Shown: one piece after another, positions 36,229 to 51,633 of the stretch
How the letters are laid out: every line of letters begins with the position of its first letter
How positions within the stretch are numbered: position 1 is the first letter of the stretch
Assembly: GCF_006345805.1 (NCBI RefSeq)
Contig: NW_021836149.1
Location: forward strand, 1-64,000
Direction of reading: 5' to 3'
DNA length: 64,000 bases
DNA from: Octopus sinensis
Lineage: Eukaryota
The notes under the pieces: model-generated
Told to the model about the DNA's origin: nothing
Database searches by the model: none
The model's input: the letters and a program-made list of their open reading frames with translations, nothing else
Position numbers and translations under genes: made by a program

Positions 36229-38867
36229 TATATAGATATGTATGCATATATGTACATATGCACGTGTATGCATACATATATATATATATATATATAAATT
36301 TTGTATATATTTATTATTTTTTTTGCAAAAAACAATGTAATTTTCTTTTTTCCCCCGCCTCACATTTAAAAAAATATTTTTCTCTTTACAATTCTTGAAA
36401 AGTCACATTTTGACGAAAACCGATTTGAATTAATATATATATATTTTATCAATTTTTCAAAAACGTTTTCCATACACCCATTTTCACAAAAATTTTCTTT
36501 CAATTTAGCATTCTGCCTTTTTACAATTTTTCCTTGTTTATCATTTCTCCACGTGCGGCCAACACAACCCCACCATTTATTGTTCTATATATATATATAT
36601 AATATATATATATATATGCGTGTGTTTTTATTGGCTAAACTGGCAATATGGCCATCCCTTCACACGATTTCATATCAAGAATCTTGCAAAACGAATATAC
36701 GTAATAGGATAAATTGTTTAATTAATAAGATGAGTTAAGATTAGATTCTTTAGTAAATAAACTAAACCTTATTTATAAAGTATGAAAACTCAGTCGTGTT
36801 TTTTTTCTAGATAACGTTATAATTATGATTATATACGACCCGTTATTACTGGAAAGTAGCACTTAGTCATACTAAAATATATAATATTAATTGGTTAATT
36901 TACGATACTTTAGATTTTTAATTAAATTGTTAGCCGTACATAACACAATTGTAATTGAAATTTTTAAACTTAAATTTTGAAATTTAGTTTAAATGTAACG
37001 TCAAATATTTAAGTATTATAATATTAATAATAGATATTGAATAATATAAAATGTAACTCTTATGTATCCAAAAATATTCTAATTGAGAACCTAAAGAAGT
37101 AACTTAGATTGGTTGTTTGCGATAATTCATAGATTGAATAAAATAAACAATGATAACCTTATTTGAAAGATGTAGCTATGTCTAATTTTCGCCGTGGAAA
37201 GAAAAGATAAGTTAACATTCGTTTTATTTTCGTCTCTATTTTTATTTCATCATTATTATTTCATTTTTTATTTCGTATTTGTTTATTCGCAATTCTTTAT
37301 TCATAACTTTTATTCGTAATTTTACTCATATTTTTTTCTCTTTAAATTTTTTTCCTTAAATGTTTATTCCTTGAATTTTTATTCCTTAAATTTTTACTCC
37401 TTAAATTTTTAATATTCAGTTATTTTTATTTATTATTTGTATTTCTATTCATTTGCATATGTTAAGTAAGATTATATTGAAGATATAGAGTATCATGGAG
37501 GTATATAAGACGGAGGGGTGATGTTGAGGAATCCAGACCTGAAGATTGGGAGTATGTCGACCCGATTAAGTATTGAAACTAGATACTTCGTATCTAATCA
37601 ATACCGACGTACTTTCATGAAACGTGTAGGTTTTTAAACAGAAAATATGGGATTCAGAATAGATATAGTTAGTATAAGATTTTATATTTAACATTTAATG
37701 GAGTGGTCGGGTATAAAGTCTTTGTTTTGATTTGAGTTGAAGGTGGTTGTCTCTAAAACTACTTTTATATGTATATAGTATGTGTTATAAACGATGAACA
37801 TACCTTTGTATAAAATATATGTACCTCTGTGTGCGTGTGTAACATAAGAAAATTGTGTGAAACAAGGGTAAAAATAAATGAGTCGTTACTGAATATCAGT
37901 GTGTTAAATAGAAAGGAGAAATTGTTTTCGGTTAATCACGTTTTTATTGGTAAAATGTTGCATTGGAAGCGACGGTTCATTGAAGAACAAACTAGTGTCA
38001 ACAACTTCAGTTTATAATAGTTACTGAGTTGGCCGGCTTAAGTGGTTATGTATAGAAAGAGTAGCAGTGACTGACTAAATGCGAATGTACCCTGCCAGAG
38101 TGCGATTTTCAAGTCATTAGCAGTTTGTATCGCTGGTTGTTCAAGTTTGGTTGTTGAACAACTTAAATTTCACCCAACTTAACGCATGACTATATCTGAT
38201 CTCTATTATCCAGTCTCTTTCTCTATCTCTCTCTTCAGCTTCTCCTCTCACAGTGTCTTGGCTGGTCCTATTTTAGTAAGTTCCCCCCTCTGAAAAATGG
38301 TTTTGCTCCATACTCTCATCTCCAAATTTACTAATTTATCCAAATTTTCTGACTTTACTAAAAACGTTATGGTTACGTAGAATGAAATCTCTTAGTTTTC
38401 TTTTTGTTTTCTGGTGTATTTACATTTAAATGTTTTTATATCTGAACTCAAATGTAAATATCAAATTAGGTTTACATCTCTCTCTCTCTCTCTTTGTTTT
38501 TTCTACTATAATAATGAACTATGAACGATGATGAATAAACTTTCCCTATTCTCCGCCTCCTTTTGCAAAATTACTTTAATTTAATGCAATGCAATGCTTA
38601 ACCTACACTAGATTCCAGATCACGTTTTACAGATGACATCCAACTAGATCGACATAGCAGTTGTATACGATTGTTTAGAAATCTATGATTAAAAGGAAAT
38701 TCAAAAGAAAGAAAACTTAATCAAATAAAGGTATAATGATAATATTCCTTTCACATCACAAACAAAATAAAAAAAAAAAATATATAGACTCCTGGTATGA
38801 TGATTCTCTTCTTTGTTATAAAGATTACCAACCAATCAACTGAGAATTTACTTTGACGTGAAGTTTC

Positions 38868-39290
38868 GGATCTTTTCGTTTTGACCGGCAGTTTTTTAAA
38901 ATAATTTCCACGTAACTAAACACTTTTAAACTTCGTATACTGTAGAATGTGTTTATAAAACATCTTTTTCTCTTGGCTTTATTGAGAAAATTCTATAGTT
39001 TGTAACATATTTGTTGTTTATTTTCTTCAATTTCTGCGATTTCAACCAATCAATGACGTCTATTGAGGTGAAAACATTCTATGCCGTATGAATATGTCCC
39101 TTGTTTAAGAAACAGATTGGGTTTATTTACATTTCTGAAGAAAAAAAAGATACCCTTCCCCCCACCCCTAACCCTAATTCTAACCCTAAAATAGATTGAA
39201 ATGCAATAGATCGATACTAGGGTCATAATTATGGGTGACAATTTCATATGACACCGCTAGAAAAAACTGCCGTTCAAAACGAAAAGATCC
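38868..39290 (-). mobile_element. MITE M1, reverse orientation
   Basis: GGATC...GATCC TIRs; TSD GAAGTTTC/GAAGTTAC; internal CCCTAA repeats. Confidence 0.95.
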
Positions 39291-40571
39291 GAAGTTACTA
39301 TTACTAATTTTTCTGATGAAATCAGTCACATTTTTTTGTTTACCTCAAGGCAGTCTTTTTAAGAAATGGCATTGTACATGTCTCTAGCAAATGTACCATG
39401 CTATGATTTTTACCTTTCCTCTAGGGAGGTAAAACTGTGATGAAATTTTTACAGTAGCTACTATGCGAATCAATATATGAAATTATATTTAACTCGTTAT
39501 TTGCAATCGATAGTCTGTAAATTATTATCTATGTTGCTCATGTATTTATTAAATTTATTTTAACACTTTATTTTTCCTTTTAAGTTACATACGTAGGAAA
39601 TACGTACTGTATAATCAGGCTATATAATCTACATCTCACAAACAGTTTAATCTCTTAGCAATATTAAAGCAGGAAGAAAACACGGCAGTATGAAACTGGT
39701 GTGAGTTGCATGTGAATATTATCTAATTATTGTACCTTAAAATAAAATTACATATTCTAAAATGAATCTGCTATATATTTAGCATCTTCATCCAAGAAGG
39801 TCATTGTCTACATATAAAGGTTACTCCAATTGATGCACTTGTATTGCACATGATATGTTCTCTGCAAATAAGAAAATTGACCATTTGCTGGTTTCAGCTT
39901 GAAATGAGAAGCATTTGATTAATTTTCCTCAAACCTTTGGAAAAGGCATAAAGATATGCATAATTTCCTTTCATGAGATTGAAGCTTCCTTACTAATTAT
40001 TCAGGTATTTCACAGAATTGCTTCTATTTGCTGTTCACAGCAGTTTTATGCTTTCAGCATATATAGCTTTTACATAGGTTTTGTTTTTGTGTGATGTTCC
40101 TTCGTATATATGTGTGTGTGTGTGATGCAAATGTTTTACAGAATAAAGTTGATTATTCTTTGTCTTAGTCAGTAAACATCAGTTCTGTACAGTTTAATGT
40201 GCTTTAAAGTCAATATATTTTATAACTGACTGTTGTCATGTTCTGCATTTAACTGCAATAGTTAGGTTTATAGTTTAATCCAGATAGGTTCTAATCAAGC
40301 AAACCAATTAAAAATATTCTAACAGAGGTAGTAATATCTTTTTGTTATTTGTTTTTTCAAACGTAATGTTTTTAGAACTAGGTGGGATCATTAGCATCAT
40401 CATCATTTAATATCCTCCTTCCATGTGGGCATATGATGTGAGGGGGAAATAACTATTATTTCTGTCAGTTCAAGTAACTGTATAAAATAAAGTTAAGAAA
40501 TCCTTCATCAACTGACAAAATTTTACTTGCATTTAAATGTGCAGTCTGCTAATATAAAATCTCTAAAAACA

Positions 40572-40781
40572 TTTACTCTTTTACTTGTTTCAATCATTTG
40601 ACTGTGGCTATGCTGGAGCACCGCCTTTTAGTCGAGCAAATCGACCCCAGGACTTATTCTTTGCAAGCCTAGTACTTATTCTATTGGTGTCTCTTGCCGA
40701 ACCGCTAAGTTACGGAGACTAAACACACCAGCATCGGTTGTCAAGCGATGTTGGGGGACAAACACAGACACAGAAACACAT

Positions 40782-40853
<72 letters not shown>

Positions 40854-40998
40854 TCAGTTTCTGTCTACCAAATCCACTCACAAGACTTTGGTCGGCCCGA
40901 CGCTATAGTAGGAGACACTTGCCCAAGGTGCCACGCATTGAGACTGAACCCGGAACCATGTGGCTGGTAAGCAAGCTACTCACCACACAGCCACTCCT
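40572..40998 (-). mobile_element. SINE family A
   Basis: Reverse family A. Confidence 0.9.
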
Positions 40999-41580
40999 AT
41001 CCTAATTAGTTTAAGCTTTAAGACTTTGGAACTACTTAAATTTACATACCTATGAATTTGTAAAGTTAAAAATTTTTTAAGTTTCCTTACAGGTTTTTGT
41101 GCAATACACCTGGAAATAAAATGGTATCCATCCCTGGTCTAGTGGCTTCCTTTTTAGCTTGTAACCTTGTAGCATTAATAGTTTTTTGTTTTCTGTTGTA
41201 TAATTGACATTATCACAATACCTTTTCTTTTTGTATTATTTTAGATAAATTTATGTATTCTTTTAGATTTACCCATTATTCAGTGTTTGTTTTCAACGTT
41301 CCAATTCTTGATATTTCTACATCTTTATAGTATGTTTCTTCAGTTGTTTCTATGTGATATTTTTTTACTCTATAATTGAATCATTTATCAGCAGATATTC
41401 TTATCTATTTAGCATTTAACAATAATCTGGGTAGTTAGCCTTTATCTCAATGTCTGTATACAGTGATGTCTGGCAGTATTATGTCTTTGTCACTTCCTGG
41501 TGTACATAACTCTTATTTGCTGGAAGTTAAAAATAGCAAAATGTTATGATAGTAATATGGATGCAGAGGAAACACCTACC

Positions 41581-41581
41581 T

Positions 41582-41638
<57 letters not shown>

Positions 41639-41658
41639 CTCTCTCTCTTTCTCTCTCT

Positions 41659-41722
<64 letters not shown>
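41581..41722. repeat. (CT)n microsatellite
   Basis: Directly visible. Confidence 0.95.
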
Positions 41723-41723
<1 letters not shown>

Positions 41724-41875
41724 GTCTTCCTCCCTTTCATGTGTGGTCCTGTTGATGCGCATTTTAGAATTGAATACTGTTTTTGGAGTGATATTTCTGA
41801 CCGGGTAATCTACTAACTATTCTTCAATGAGGTGAATACAATCTTTCAAAATAGTTCTAATAGTAGAACCAGCTA

Positions 41876-42089
41876 AGGCGATGAGATGGCAGAATCATTA
41901 GCTTGTCAGGCAAAATGTTTAGCAGCATTTCATCCAACTTTACATTCTGAGTTCAAATTCCACCAAGGTTGACTTTGCCGTCATTCCTTTAGAGTCAACA
42001 GAATAAGTACCAGTTGAGCAATGGGGCCAATATGATTGACTTAATCCCTTCCCAAAAATTGCTGGCTTTTTGCCAAAATTTGAGACAAA
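41876..42089 (+). mobile_element. SINE family B (diverged)
   Basis: AAGGCGATGAGATGGCAGAA head, TTCTGAGTTCAAATTCC, AAGTACCAGTT. Confidence 0.8.
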
Positions 42090-42649
42090 TGGTAAAACCA
42101 GCTACTTTTTGCCATGTTCTGCACACTTTTTGATTATTATATTATGTTGTAATCAACACCATTCCTTCTAGTAACTGGGTACTTTGGTTTCTTTGTGTTG
42201 ATATTCCTGTTTGTGGCAGTTGTCCTGACCACCTGTTTTCTATAACAATTTTGTAATATTACCTTTTTTTCCCCGTATATATAGTCATCAATTTTGTTGA
42301 AAGATTTATTTTCAGGGATATCCAAAAAGAATGCATTTACTATTTTAACTTGACACAGTTAACTGACAATCATCAAAATTGTGAAGCTGATGTTATGTGG
42401 TGAACAAATTTTCAACAGAGCTCCAGTGAATGGTTTTGCTGGGCTATATTAGTATTTTGGTCTCTGATTTGTAATGGCAATATAGGAACTTTTTCTAGCT
42501 ATATGATGTATTCTTTTCTAGTTTTTTAATTGTGAAGGTACTTTTCTCTTAACAGATGAATAAGAATAAAAATCCTTGTTTCTTTAGATCCATCTTTTTT
42601 TATATATTTCTCCATCTCCCTGGTGAAAGAAAATAATTTTTAATCATAT

Positions 42650-44600
42650 TTATTATGTCATTTTTTTGTTAACTTGCTATTATTTTCTGTAATAACTTTT
42701 AAGAACTTTTCTCAGAAATGGTAACTACCAAATAATTAGAAAACTGAACTAAAAGCACTACAGTTACAGTAGTTTGTTTTGTTCCTTTCAGTCTGAACTC
42801 TGTCCAGGTAGACTTTGACTCCATCCACTAGATAAATGGCTGGAAATAAGTAATAAGCATCAGTTATAATACAGGTGGTTAATTAAATTTGATACAAGTC
42901 TCTCAAATAATATTTGGCCTTAAAGAACAAAATGAAACAACTACATTATATTATTTATAAAGTTATTTTCTTTTTCAGTTTTTATAATCACAGTTCACAT
43001 TCTTTATAATATCATTTTCAATGACTGTTTTCAAAATATATAAATGTCATATAAACAGCACTGCTATGGCAAAAGCCACAACTTAATCTAAAGCACAGTT
43101 TAAGGTTTGAGTCTGTTACAAAAACTTTAAGTAAACCAATTGGATTACTTTTGTCTTTTATAAATAATTTTGCAGACAGAAGTTGAAAGTCAAACATCTC
43201 CACCAATTTGCCATTATATCCACTTTCTTCAGATTTCAAATCTATTAGTTTAATGATTCATTGATCTGACAACTTATTATGCTTCACTTAATTTTACAAT
43301 TAGCATTTCTATTGATTAAAGACACAGCATATTGACTAGAAAATAATCTTGTTATTAGATTAATCATCTGGCTTTTTTCTCCCCCACTGACTATTGCTGT
43401 CAATATAACACTTAAATTAATATATCACCAGCATTGCATGATTTTTAAGATTTTTTTCTCTACCATCAATACTTTGGATCATAAAAATTTTTCAGAAACA
43501 GTCAAACATCTTTTTGATTATTCATATTATGAGTTAAATTATTTCCACATTTGTTTGTTTTATGTTCATTTGTCATTTTTACAAAAATATTTATTTGACA
43601 TATCAATTTCCGGATTTGCTGGCATAGTGAAGAACTGGACCTATATTGTATAGACAGAGTACAGATTGTGTATAAATATATTTCAGTATATTTAATGCCA
43701 CACTGTTTCTTGATTTGTTCAGATACAGTTGTTTAAATTTAATAAGGAAAAGTACTTTCTAATAAAGATAAGTGATTTCCAAATTTTTTGAGAGATTTTC
43801 CAATCTAAATGCAATTGAAATTTCTTCTTCATTAACCACTTTATTGCAAGATATATTGTTGGATTAGATATAGTCTAACTAACCATATTGTTAAAGCAAT
43901 ACCCTTATTTCATTAACACTGTGTGGGATAAGTACATCAGTGATATACTAAACCCTTTTAACCCTGAAAAAGATAAAAGTTAAAACCCATCAATAAAAGA
44001 CTGTACAGCATGGTGTAAAACATTCAGTAAACTATATGGTGAAGGAAATTTGTCTGACATTCAACAGTTGAAACTACCTTAGCCATAACTTTTAAGCCAG
44101 CGTATTAAATTGCTTCAAGTTATAATTTATACAATATTAGTGAACATTATTATTGTACTCATGGAATAGTACAATGGTTAATAAATTACTGCTTGTGCAA
44201 CTTAAGAAATAAATTAAACATTGGCTATATTAATGGCCCTTGATTATTCAATTTTCAAAAGAAAATGTTTTATTGAACAATGAGCTCAGCTCTTGTTTCT
44301 TGAACTAACAAACTGAAAAATTTAAGAAAGAATGGTTTCAAGGTGAAGCTATAACTTTTCTAAGAATGGCAATGATTGTTAACATTACTTAACTTTTTGA
44401 TATTGTTTTATTTGTATTATCAAAATTGTTGAAAATTCCATTACGGAGCAGGTGTGAGATACAGGACTGAAAATAGATGTGTGGAAGACAAAATGATAGT
44501 TTATATATTTTACCTTGTTTCAATATTCCAAGATTTAAAACACTTTTATTAGAGAAAATGGAGTATGGAGCACATAACACGTCATTGAAACTATACAACC
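42650..44600 (-). pseudogene. Very decayed hAT (ZMYM1-like) transposase
   Basis: Weak motifs in the expected order on the minus strand: FSVLYLTP (cf. FSIILDCTPD), NGKLVEMFDF...NPIGLLK, TISEKSS*KL (cf. SAERSFSKL dimerisation domain). Confidence 0.4.
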
Positions 44601-45380
44601 CTAATATAGTATAATTATGTTTATTCTACATTCAAGATAACGGCTTTTGTCCAACTTTCAAAATTAGACCAAAGTATTTTGATTTTCAGTGTGATTGCAT
44701 GATGCATGCAATAAAGATAGTTTAAGATTTAATAAGAATAAAAGAAGAATTTGTTTTAAATATTTTGTTACATTTCAAACCCCAAAATAATGAACAAAGA
44801 CAATTTCTAGGCAATGAGGTAAAGATGGTTCTGATAATAAAGGTGGTAATATGGAAATGACGTCCACGATGACGACGATGATGATGATGATGTTGCTGTT
44901 GTTGTTGTTGGTGGTAGTGGTGGTGGTGAGGAGGAGGAGGATCCTCGTTGTGTTTATGTCTGCTTTTCTATGCTAGCACAGGTTGCTCATATCATTACCA
45001 AGTCAGCTTATTCAAAGATATTGCCTTCTTAGAGAAGCTGGTGACCATATCTCCCTTGTACACTATTTTTTTTGTCATGGCTTCTTCAACTGAACATCCT
45101 TCCTAATACCAATCGCTTTACCAAATTTACTGAGTACATCTTATTGCGACAGCACAAGCATGACAGAGAGCATCTTGTGCCTGGCAAAACTAAAAGTCCT
45201 CCCTTTACTATCTTGTCCCCATTTATCTGCCAACCACCTTACTCAGTGTATTGGGTTCCTTTCATATGGCATCAGCCATCTTTATCTGCAACAAAATTGA
45301 AAGATCCTCTTTGCCCTATATTGTGCTTGTTTACCAAAAACTTTGCAGGATTTACTGGGTACATCTGATAGAGGCACCAC

Positions 45381-45482
45381 ACTAAAGATCTTATTGTATG
45401 TATGACTAAAGCTCTTATTGTATGTATGACTAAAGATCTTATTGTGTGTATGACTAAAGATCTTATTGTGTGTATGACTAAA
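45381..45482. repeat. 24-bp minisatellite x4
   Basis: ACTAAAGATCTTATTGTRTGTATG repeated. Confidence 0.95.
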
Positions 45483-46770
45483 AGGTACTTTCTACCCTAC
45501 ATTGCTTCAATTTATTTGTTCACCAGTAAGAGCACCCAAACGTTGTCTCACCCCTTGGAAGTAAAAGAGAGGGATGGAAGACATTTGGAGTGAAAGTATG
45601 ACAGAAGTGAGGATAATTGAAGAGACCCAGAGTTATAAGAGTAAGAGAGAGAAAGTGAAAGAATATAGAGAGAAGAAATAGTTGTAAGCAATAAATCATG
45701 TGATGGAGTAATGTGAGAGAGAATAATGGATAGCAGAAAAGATGAGTGATGATACGAGAGTGGATGTTATGGGTTGTGATAGATAGATGTCAATAATGAG
45801 TGATAGAGAAGAAATAATTGAGGAGAGAGAGAGACAGAGTGATAGCTAGCAATAAAAAATGGGCGGAGATATAAAAGAAAAATACGTTGTGATTCATTGA
45901 GGCAAAAATTATGTCAAGTTAATTACGAGTTTAAATATTAGGTTTTGCAGAAGAATTACAAAGTAAATGACCGATGTAACTTATAACCAGTACTGAAAAA
46001 AAAAATTGATGTTCAGTATATATTGTTGGTGTTGCTGCTGTTGAGATGTTGTGGTTGATGAAGACGAGGAGAAGAAAAAGAGAAACCTAATAGTTGTTAT
46101 CATGCAATAAATTACACTACTAATAACTGGACAAAATAGCGGAAAGTTGTTTTGCAGCCTTTTACTTTTATTTTATCAATGAAATAGACAACTAACTGAG
46201 GTAAAAATATCAGCAGCTGCAACACACTGTAATCAGATCTGCTTGTCTTGCTCTATAGTCTTATGATATCCATTTCATCAATTATCTGTCATGTCACTTG
46301 GTATTATCAAATATCTATTCATAATTAATTTCTACACATACTGTATTTAAACTCCTGCAAAACCCAAACCTGAAACTATAAGTCAACACACATTCTAACA
46401 TTACTTTCTAAAAGAACATTACTGATGCAAAGGAAATTTCATACTATTCAATTACAAAGTTTAATTGATTAGGATTCAGAATACTTGGTACTGTAGAGGA
46501 TTATAATTATAAGATATATTTGCTCCAAGAGATTATGACAAAAGTCGATGAGTCTTGTAACCTAATTGTGTTGAAGGGGACAGCACTGAAAGGTTCACAT
46601 TTCTGTATCAAGGGCAAGTCAGAGTTTTGCTTGTAGGTTAACCAGGCAAAGAAGTGGGTTGCACTCATGACTTCTGGAGGTTGTCCAGGGTTGTGAGATT
46701 AACGATATTGATACCTACATGCAGACCAGTACCTGAAAGAAAAATGTGGTCCAAGAGAGTACAAGTATAT

Positions 46771-46982
46771 ACTCTCTTTTACTCTTTTACTTGTTTCAGT
46801 CATTTGACTGCGGCTATGCTGGAGCACCACCTTTAGTCGAGCAAATCGACCCCAGGACTTATTCTTTGTAAGCCCAATACTTATTCTATCGGTCTCTTTG
46901 GCCGAACCGCTAAGTGACGGGGACGTAAACACACCAGCATCGGTTGTCAAGCAATGCTAGGGGGACAAACACAGACACACAA

Positions 46983-47062
<80 letters not shown>

Positions 47063-47214
47063 GACAGGCTTCTTTCAGTTTCCGTCTACCAAATCCACTC
47101 ACAAGGCATTGGCCAGCCCGGGGCTATAGCAGAAGACACTTGCCCAAGATGCCACGCAGTGGGAGTGAACACGGAACCATGTGGTTGGTTAGCAAGCTAC
47201 TTACCACACAGCCA
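46771..47214 (-). mobile_element. SINE family A
   Basis: Reverse family A. Confidence 0.9.
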
Positions 47215-48730
47215 ATCCGGGGCCTATGATCTGAATGTTTGCAAAAGAATGAATTCTGCTACAGGCACATAAGAACCAGGTGGTGGTGTGGAAACACATG
47301 GCATGTTAGACATTTCAACTTAGCACATCTCATTTTCCGTAAATGTCATATGGAAGGAATTGAAGTCAGTACTGCAAGCTAATTCTAAAGAGCTACCACT
47401 TACAGCAGTAACTTGTTCTATTTTTAGGTACCATTTGCATCTTGGGGTCTTTGAATGGCAATTCATGACCAATTATAGAATCAGAATTTAATGGATATAG
47501 CATAGTGTCAGTGACACAATAGATTTCGAAAATCCACATTCCAAATTCTAAAATAAACGTTTTGTAACCGTCTAAATTCTCTGATCTTTCAAACATCAGC
47601 TTGGTAACGTAAGCCACTTAGAATAAAAGTACTGTTTGTTTTTCCAATGTATTTTTGCTTGACTAAGAAAACATTGTATGTTAATATATTTGCTTCTCTG
47701 TCAGGAGAGCTAAAGCATGTTCAATAAGTAAGTTCTCAGTATATTATGCACACTATATGGTGTTGAACTGGTTTGAAATCACAATTTAGAATGTGGAGTT
47801 GATAGGTACTAGGACAGTAAAAACAAATTACAGTGACAGTACAAACATTTTGACGTTATTTATTACAGACAAAGTTTAAACTAATCATTTTCTTTGTTTT
47901 AATATATCTCCCTGCAGATTAAAAAAAAAAATGTGTGTGCTTTTTTTTTTATGTCTTTTGTCAAAACTACTTCAAAGAATAACAAACAAAAATTACTGTT
48001 AGTGACATGTAATAATTCAATTTTTGCAATAAGACGTGTGCATATATGCAAAGTATACATACATACATACCATACATACACATGCACTTACACATGTACG
48101 TGTATATAAATGCATACACAAAATGTTACATGGTTCTTTGATAAATAGCTGGCGTAAAAGCATAGATTTGACAATGGTATATTATGCAGAGTAAATAGTT
48201 TTGATTGAATTTTTCACTAGAAATGTTTCTGTGTTTTTTCTTGAAAAGTATACATAAGCTTTAGCTTAATCTATAATATAGTCTGTTAGAGAAAAAGCAA
48301 CAGATGAGAGAAAATATTATAATAAAATAATTCAAATGGCTATCATTCTTATCTATTCTGTTTTTCTTATCTGTATTTGTACACTGCAGTTTTTTTTTTT
48401 TTGGTTTGTTTATTATGCTTATGTACTCTAACACTTTGTGTACATATCACGATTAATACATCACTAGATTTGACTTCCATACAATAAGTCTGCAGAAAGT
48501 TAAACTAGAAAGTATAAACAACAGGAAACCTGTAGTTAACATTTCCTTGTTTACGTTTATGCAGACTTATTTTACGGCAGTCAAATATAGTGATATATTA
48601 TTAGTGATATGTATACATAGGTAAAACATTCTTCTGTTTGCCTTTTGAAGCAAATTTTGTCCAGTTGGTGCTTAGTTTAGTATTGGACACTGTCTGCATT
48701 TGAATTGTTATCTGGATATTGTAACTTTTG

Positions 48731-49145
48731 CTCTTTTTTACTCTCTTTTACTCGTTTCATTCATTTGACTGTGCCCATGCTGGAGCACCGCCTTCAGTCG
48801 AGCAAATCGACCCCAGGACTTATTCTTTGTGAGCCTAGTACTTATCCTATCAGTCACTTTTGCCGAACCGCTAAGTTACGGGGACTTAAACACACCAGCA
48901 TTGGTTGTTAAGTGATGTTGGGCGGGGGAGACAAACACCGAGACACAAACACACACACACATATATGTATATATACATATACATGACAGGCTTCTTTCAG
49001 TTTCCATCTACCAAATCCACTCACAACGCTTTGGTCGGCCCGAGGCTATAGTAGAAGACACTTGTCCAAGGTGCCGCGCAGTGGGACTGAACCCGGAACC
49101 ATGTGGTTGGTAAGCAAGTTACTTACCACACAGCCACTCCTATGC
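48731..49145 (-). mobile_element. SINE family A
   Basis: Reverse family A. Confidence 0.9.
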
Positions 49146-50059
49146 CACTCCTACATTTATTGAGTATTCTACCACACTACATCTTCAAGTTAGCTTTGTT
49201 ACAATTCTTCAATAGTGTTTGTCATCTCAGAATCATCCACTTCTTGCCATGTTCTGTAACTTTTAGATTATTGTAAAATACTATGAGTGATGTAATCTCT
49301 TCGCTAACAACTCAGTGTTAAGATTTATTTCTGCTATATACCTCATAATAAATTTTCATTGTCTCCGGCTCTTCATTTACTTGCTGTAAGCATTAAGTAG
49401 ATACAGTGTTTTCTACAAGAATAAGAAAATTAAATTACAAATGAGAAATGTGAATAATCTCAACCAAACCATCTAGAGGGTTATACATTGGAGCTTTTTT
49501 GCAGTTAGTATTTGTGATGTATTGTGCAGTTTCCTAGAAATCCCACTTAAAATGTTCAATAAAACTATATCTGCAATGACATGGCATATATCTTGGCATA
49601 AACAATTTAAAGAATATTTGTGAACAGCAATATACATTTATTATAATAATTGCTAATAAGTGAACTTGCACCTGAACTTTCTGTCTATATTTACCTCTAA
49701 TCCCTTCTTATTCTCACCTTCCAGATCTTTTCCTAATCATTATGGTTTATACTAACATATCAGAAGTGCATTCTCTATAAATTACAACCTGCCAGTATTT
49801 CCCTTCTGTTCATTGTACTGCAATTCAAATTAGTCATCAACTACATCACACAAAGGTTCTAATTTCCACCTCCAGGCATCACCTAACCTCTTTATTTAGC
49901 TCAACATGTGTGATAAGCTGTTGTGTCTGGGGAGAGTCATTTTCTTTTTGTGCCTTATAATTTAACATACACACATACAGGTAAAATTTCCACTTATTTC
50001 TTATTTTTATTTTCCTAAAGTTTTCATTGTGTCTTGCAACCTTTTCAAGACTATTCTAC

Positions 50060-51046
50060 AGAATATCAAGCAGGCCTTTGGTAAGGGTTTTGTTGACATC
50101 AGAACTGTTCAGAGATGATAGCCTTGAAAATAAACCAAGGGCTAGGCCAAAATCAGTAATTCGGCATGATGGATTAAATGCTTTGGTTGAACGAAATCCA
50201 AGAACAAAGGTTCAAAAACTTTCATCAGAACTCCAAACATCTCGCATAACTGTTTTTGGACACCTGTAAAAACTTGGGAAAGTCAAGAAAACAGATAGGT
50301 TTGTTCCACATCAGCTGAACTAGATTTTTAAAAAAACAGACGCCTCGAAGTGTACTCCTTATTGCTTTGTCGGCTGGAAAAAGACCACTTTTGCATCAAA
50401 TCATTACCTGTGATCAGAAATAGATACTCTTTGACAATAGCAGGAGAACAGGACAGTAATTAGATACAGAAACACCCAAACCCACCATTGCACCCTAAGA
50501 AGTTAATGGTCACTGTATGGTGGTCTGTGAAGAGTGAGTTATTCATTATTCATTTTTGCAATAAGGAAAAATGGTAACAGCAAAATCGTATTGACAGAAA
50601 ATTTATTGCATGCATGAGACTTTGTAAATGAAGCAACCCAGACTAGTGAATAGAGATGGCCCAATTTTGCTCCACAATAATGCATGTCCTCACACTCCTC
50701 AAGGTATGGTACAAAAGTTACAAAGCCTGAATTATGGGATTTTGCAACATCCTCCTTATTTCCCTGATATCTCTCCTACTCATCATTACTTATTTAAGCA
50801 TTTTGAGCTTTTCATAAGCAATAAAACATTCTTAAATAGAGAAGAGGTAACTGAAGCATTCAGACAGTTTATCACAGCAAAATATGAATTTTTTTTTAAA
50901 GATGGAATATATGACATAGAGAAAGATTGGGTAAACGTCATAAATGAACATGGATCATATTTTGATTAAATAAATCAATTCCCTAACACTTCTGAAACAT
51001 TTTATTGTTACCTTTCAAATATGACATTTCATGAGAAACAACCTAA
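50060..51046 (+). pseudogene. Mariner (DD34D, Hsmar/SETMAR-like) transposase relic with 3' TIR
   Basis: LENKPRARPK..LNALVERNP, DRFVPHQL, IITCDQK, LHPKKLMVTVWWS, PILLHNNACPH, QHPPYFPDISPTHHYLF, GSYFD*; TIR ends AACCTAA|TA. Confidence 0.9.
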
Positions 51047-51395
51047 TATATTCTATCAAGTTGCACACTCCACCTATACTCAGGACTCACTACATTTGCC
51101 TCTACCCATCATCTCAAACCATCTGGTACTCTCCTCCCACTCTCTTTTCCCCTTCATGATCCACTGTCTATATACTCCAGCACATCATCACCACCATCTC
51201 ATTTTCTTCTGAGCTATTCCTCCCCATCCTTATATAACACAGAGTAGCCATGTGTCTCCTCTATAGCAAGGGACCCAGCATATGACACCCTTTCATATTT
51301 TAACCTCCCGAAACCACCTCCTCATCTCAAATACTCCTCCCACCCACTTCCACCACTACTTAATCAAGGGCACTGTTTTCCTTTTCTTTTCCTGT

Positions 51396-51633
51396 CTGGC
51401 AAGTTACTAGGCAACCTCACGAGTGCTGGCGACATGAAAAAAGGGCCCAATACACATTGTAAATTGGTTGGCTTTAGGAAGGGCACCCAACTGTAGAATT
51501 CATGACAAAGCTGATGTTGGAGCTGACGCAGCCCTGCAGCTTCTCAGATCTTGTCAAACCATCCAACCAATACCAGTACAGAAAACAGACATTAAATGTT
51601 GATGATGATAATGATGATGATGATGGTGATGAT
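51396..51633 (+). mobile_element. Diverged RTE 3' end
   Basis: TAGGAAGGGCACCCAACTGTAGAA...CCATCCAACC...(GAT)n. Confidence 0.65.

Noticed and set aside
36620-38150. AT-rich block suspected of being a NUMT or viral relic
   Set aside because: I could not find mitochondrial gene, rRNA or viral protein motifs in it; only short T-rich ~15-bp repeats at 37280-37410.
46665-46732. Possible terminal coding exon on the minus strand (TTTTTCTTTCAG|..TGLHVGINIVNLTTLDNLQKS*)
   Set aside because: Good acceptor, but the peptide is short and unrecognisable and there is no supportable upstream exon; needs RNA-seq.
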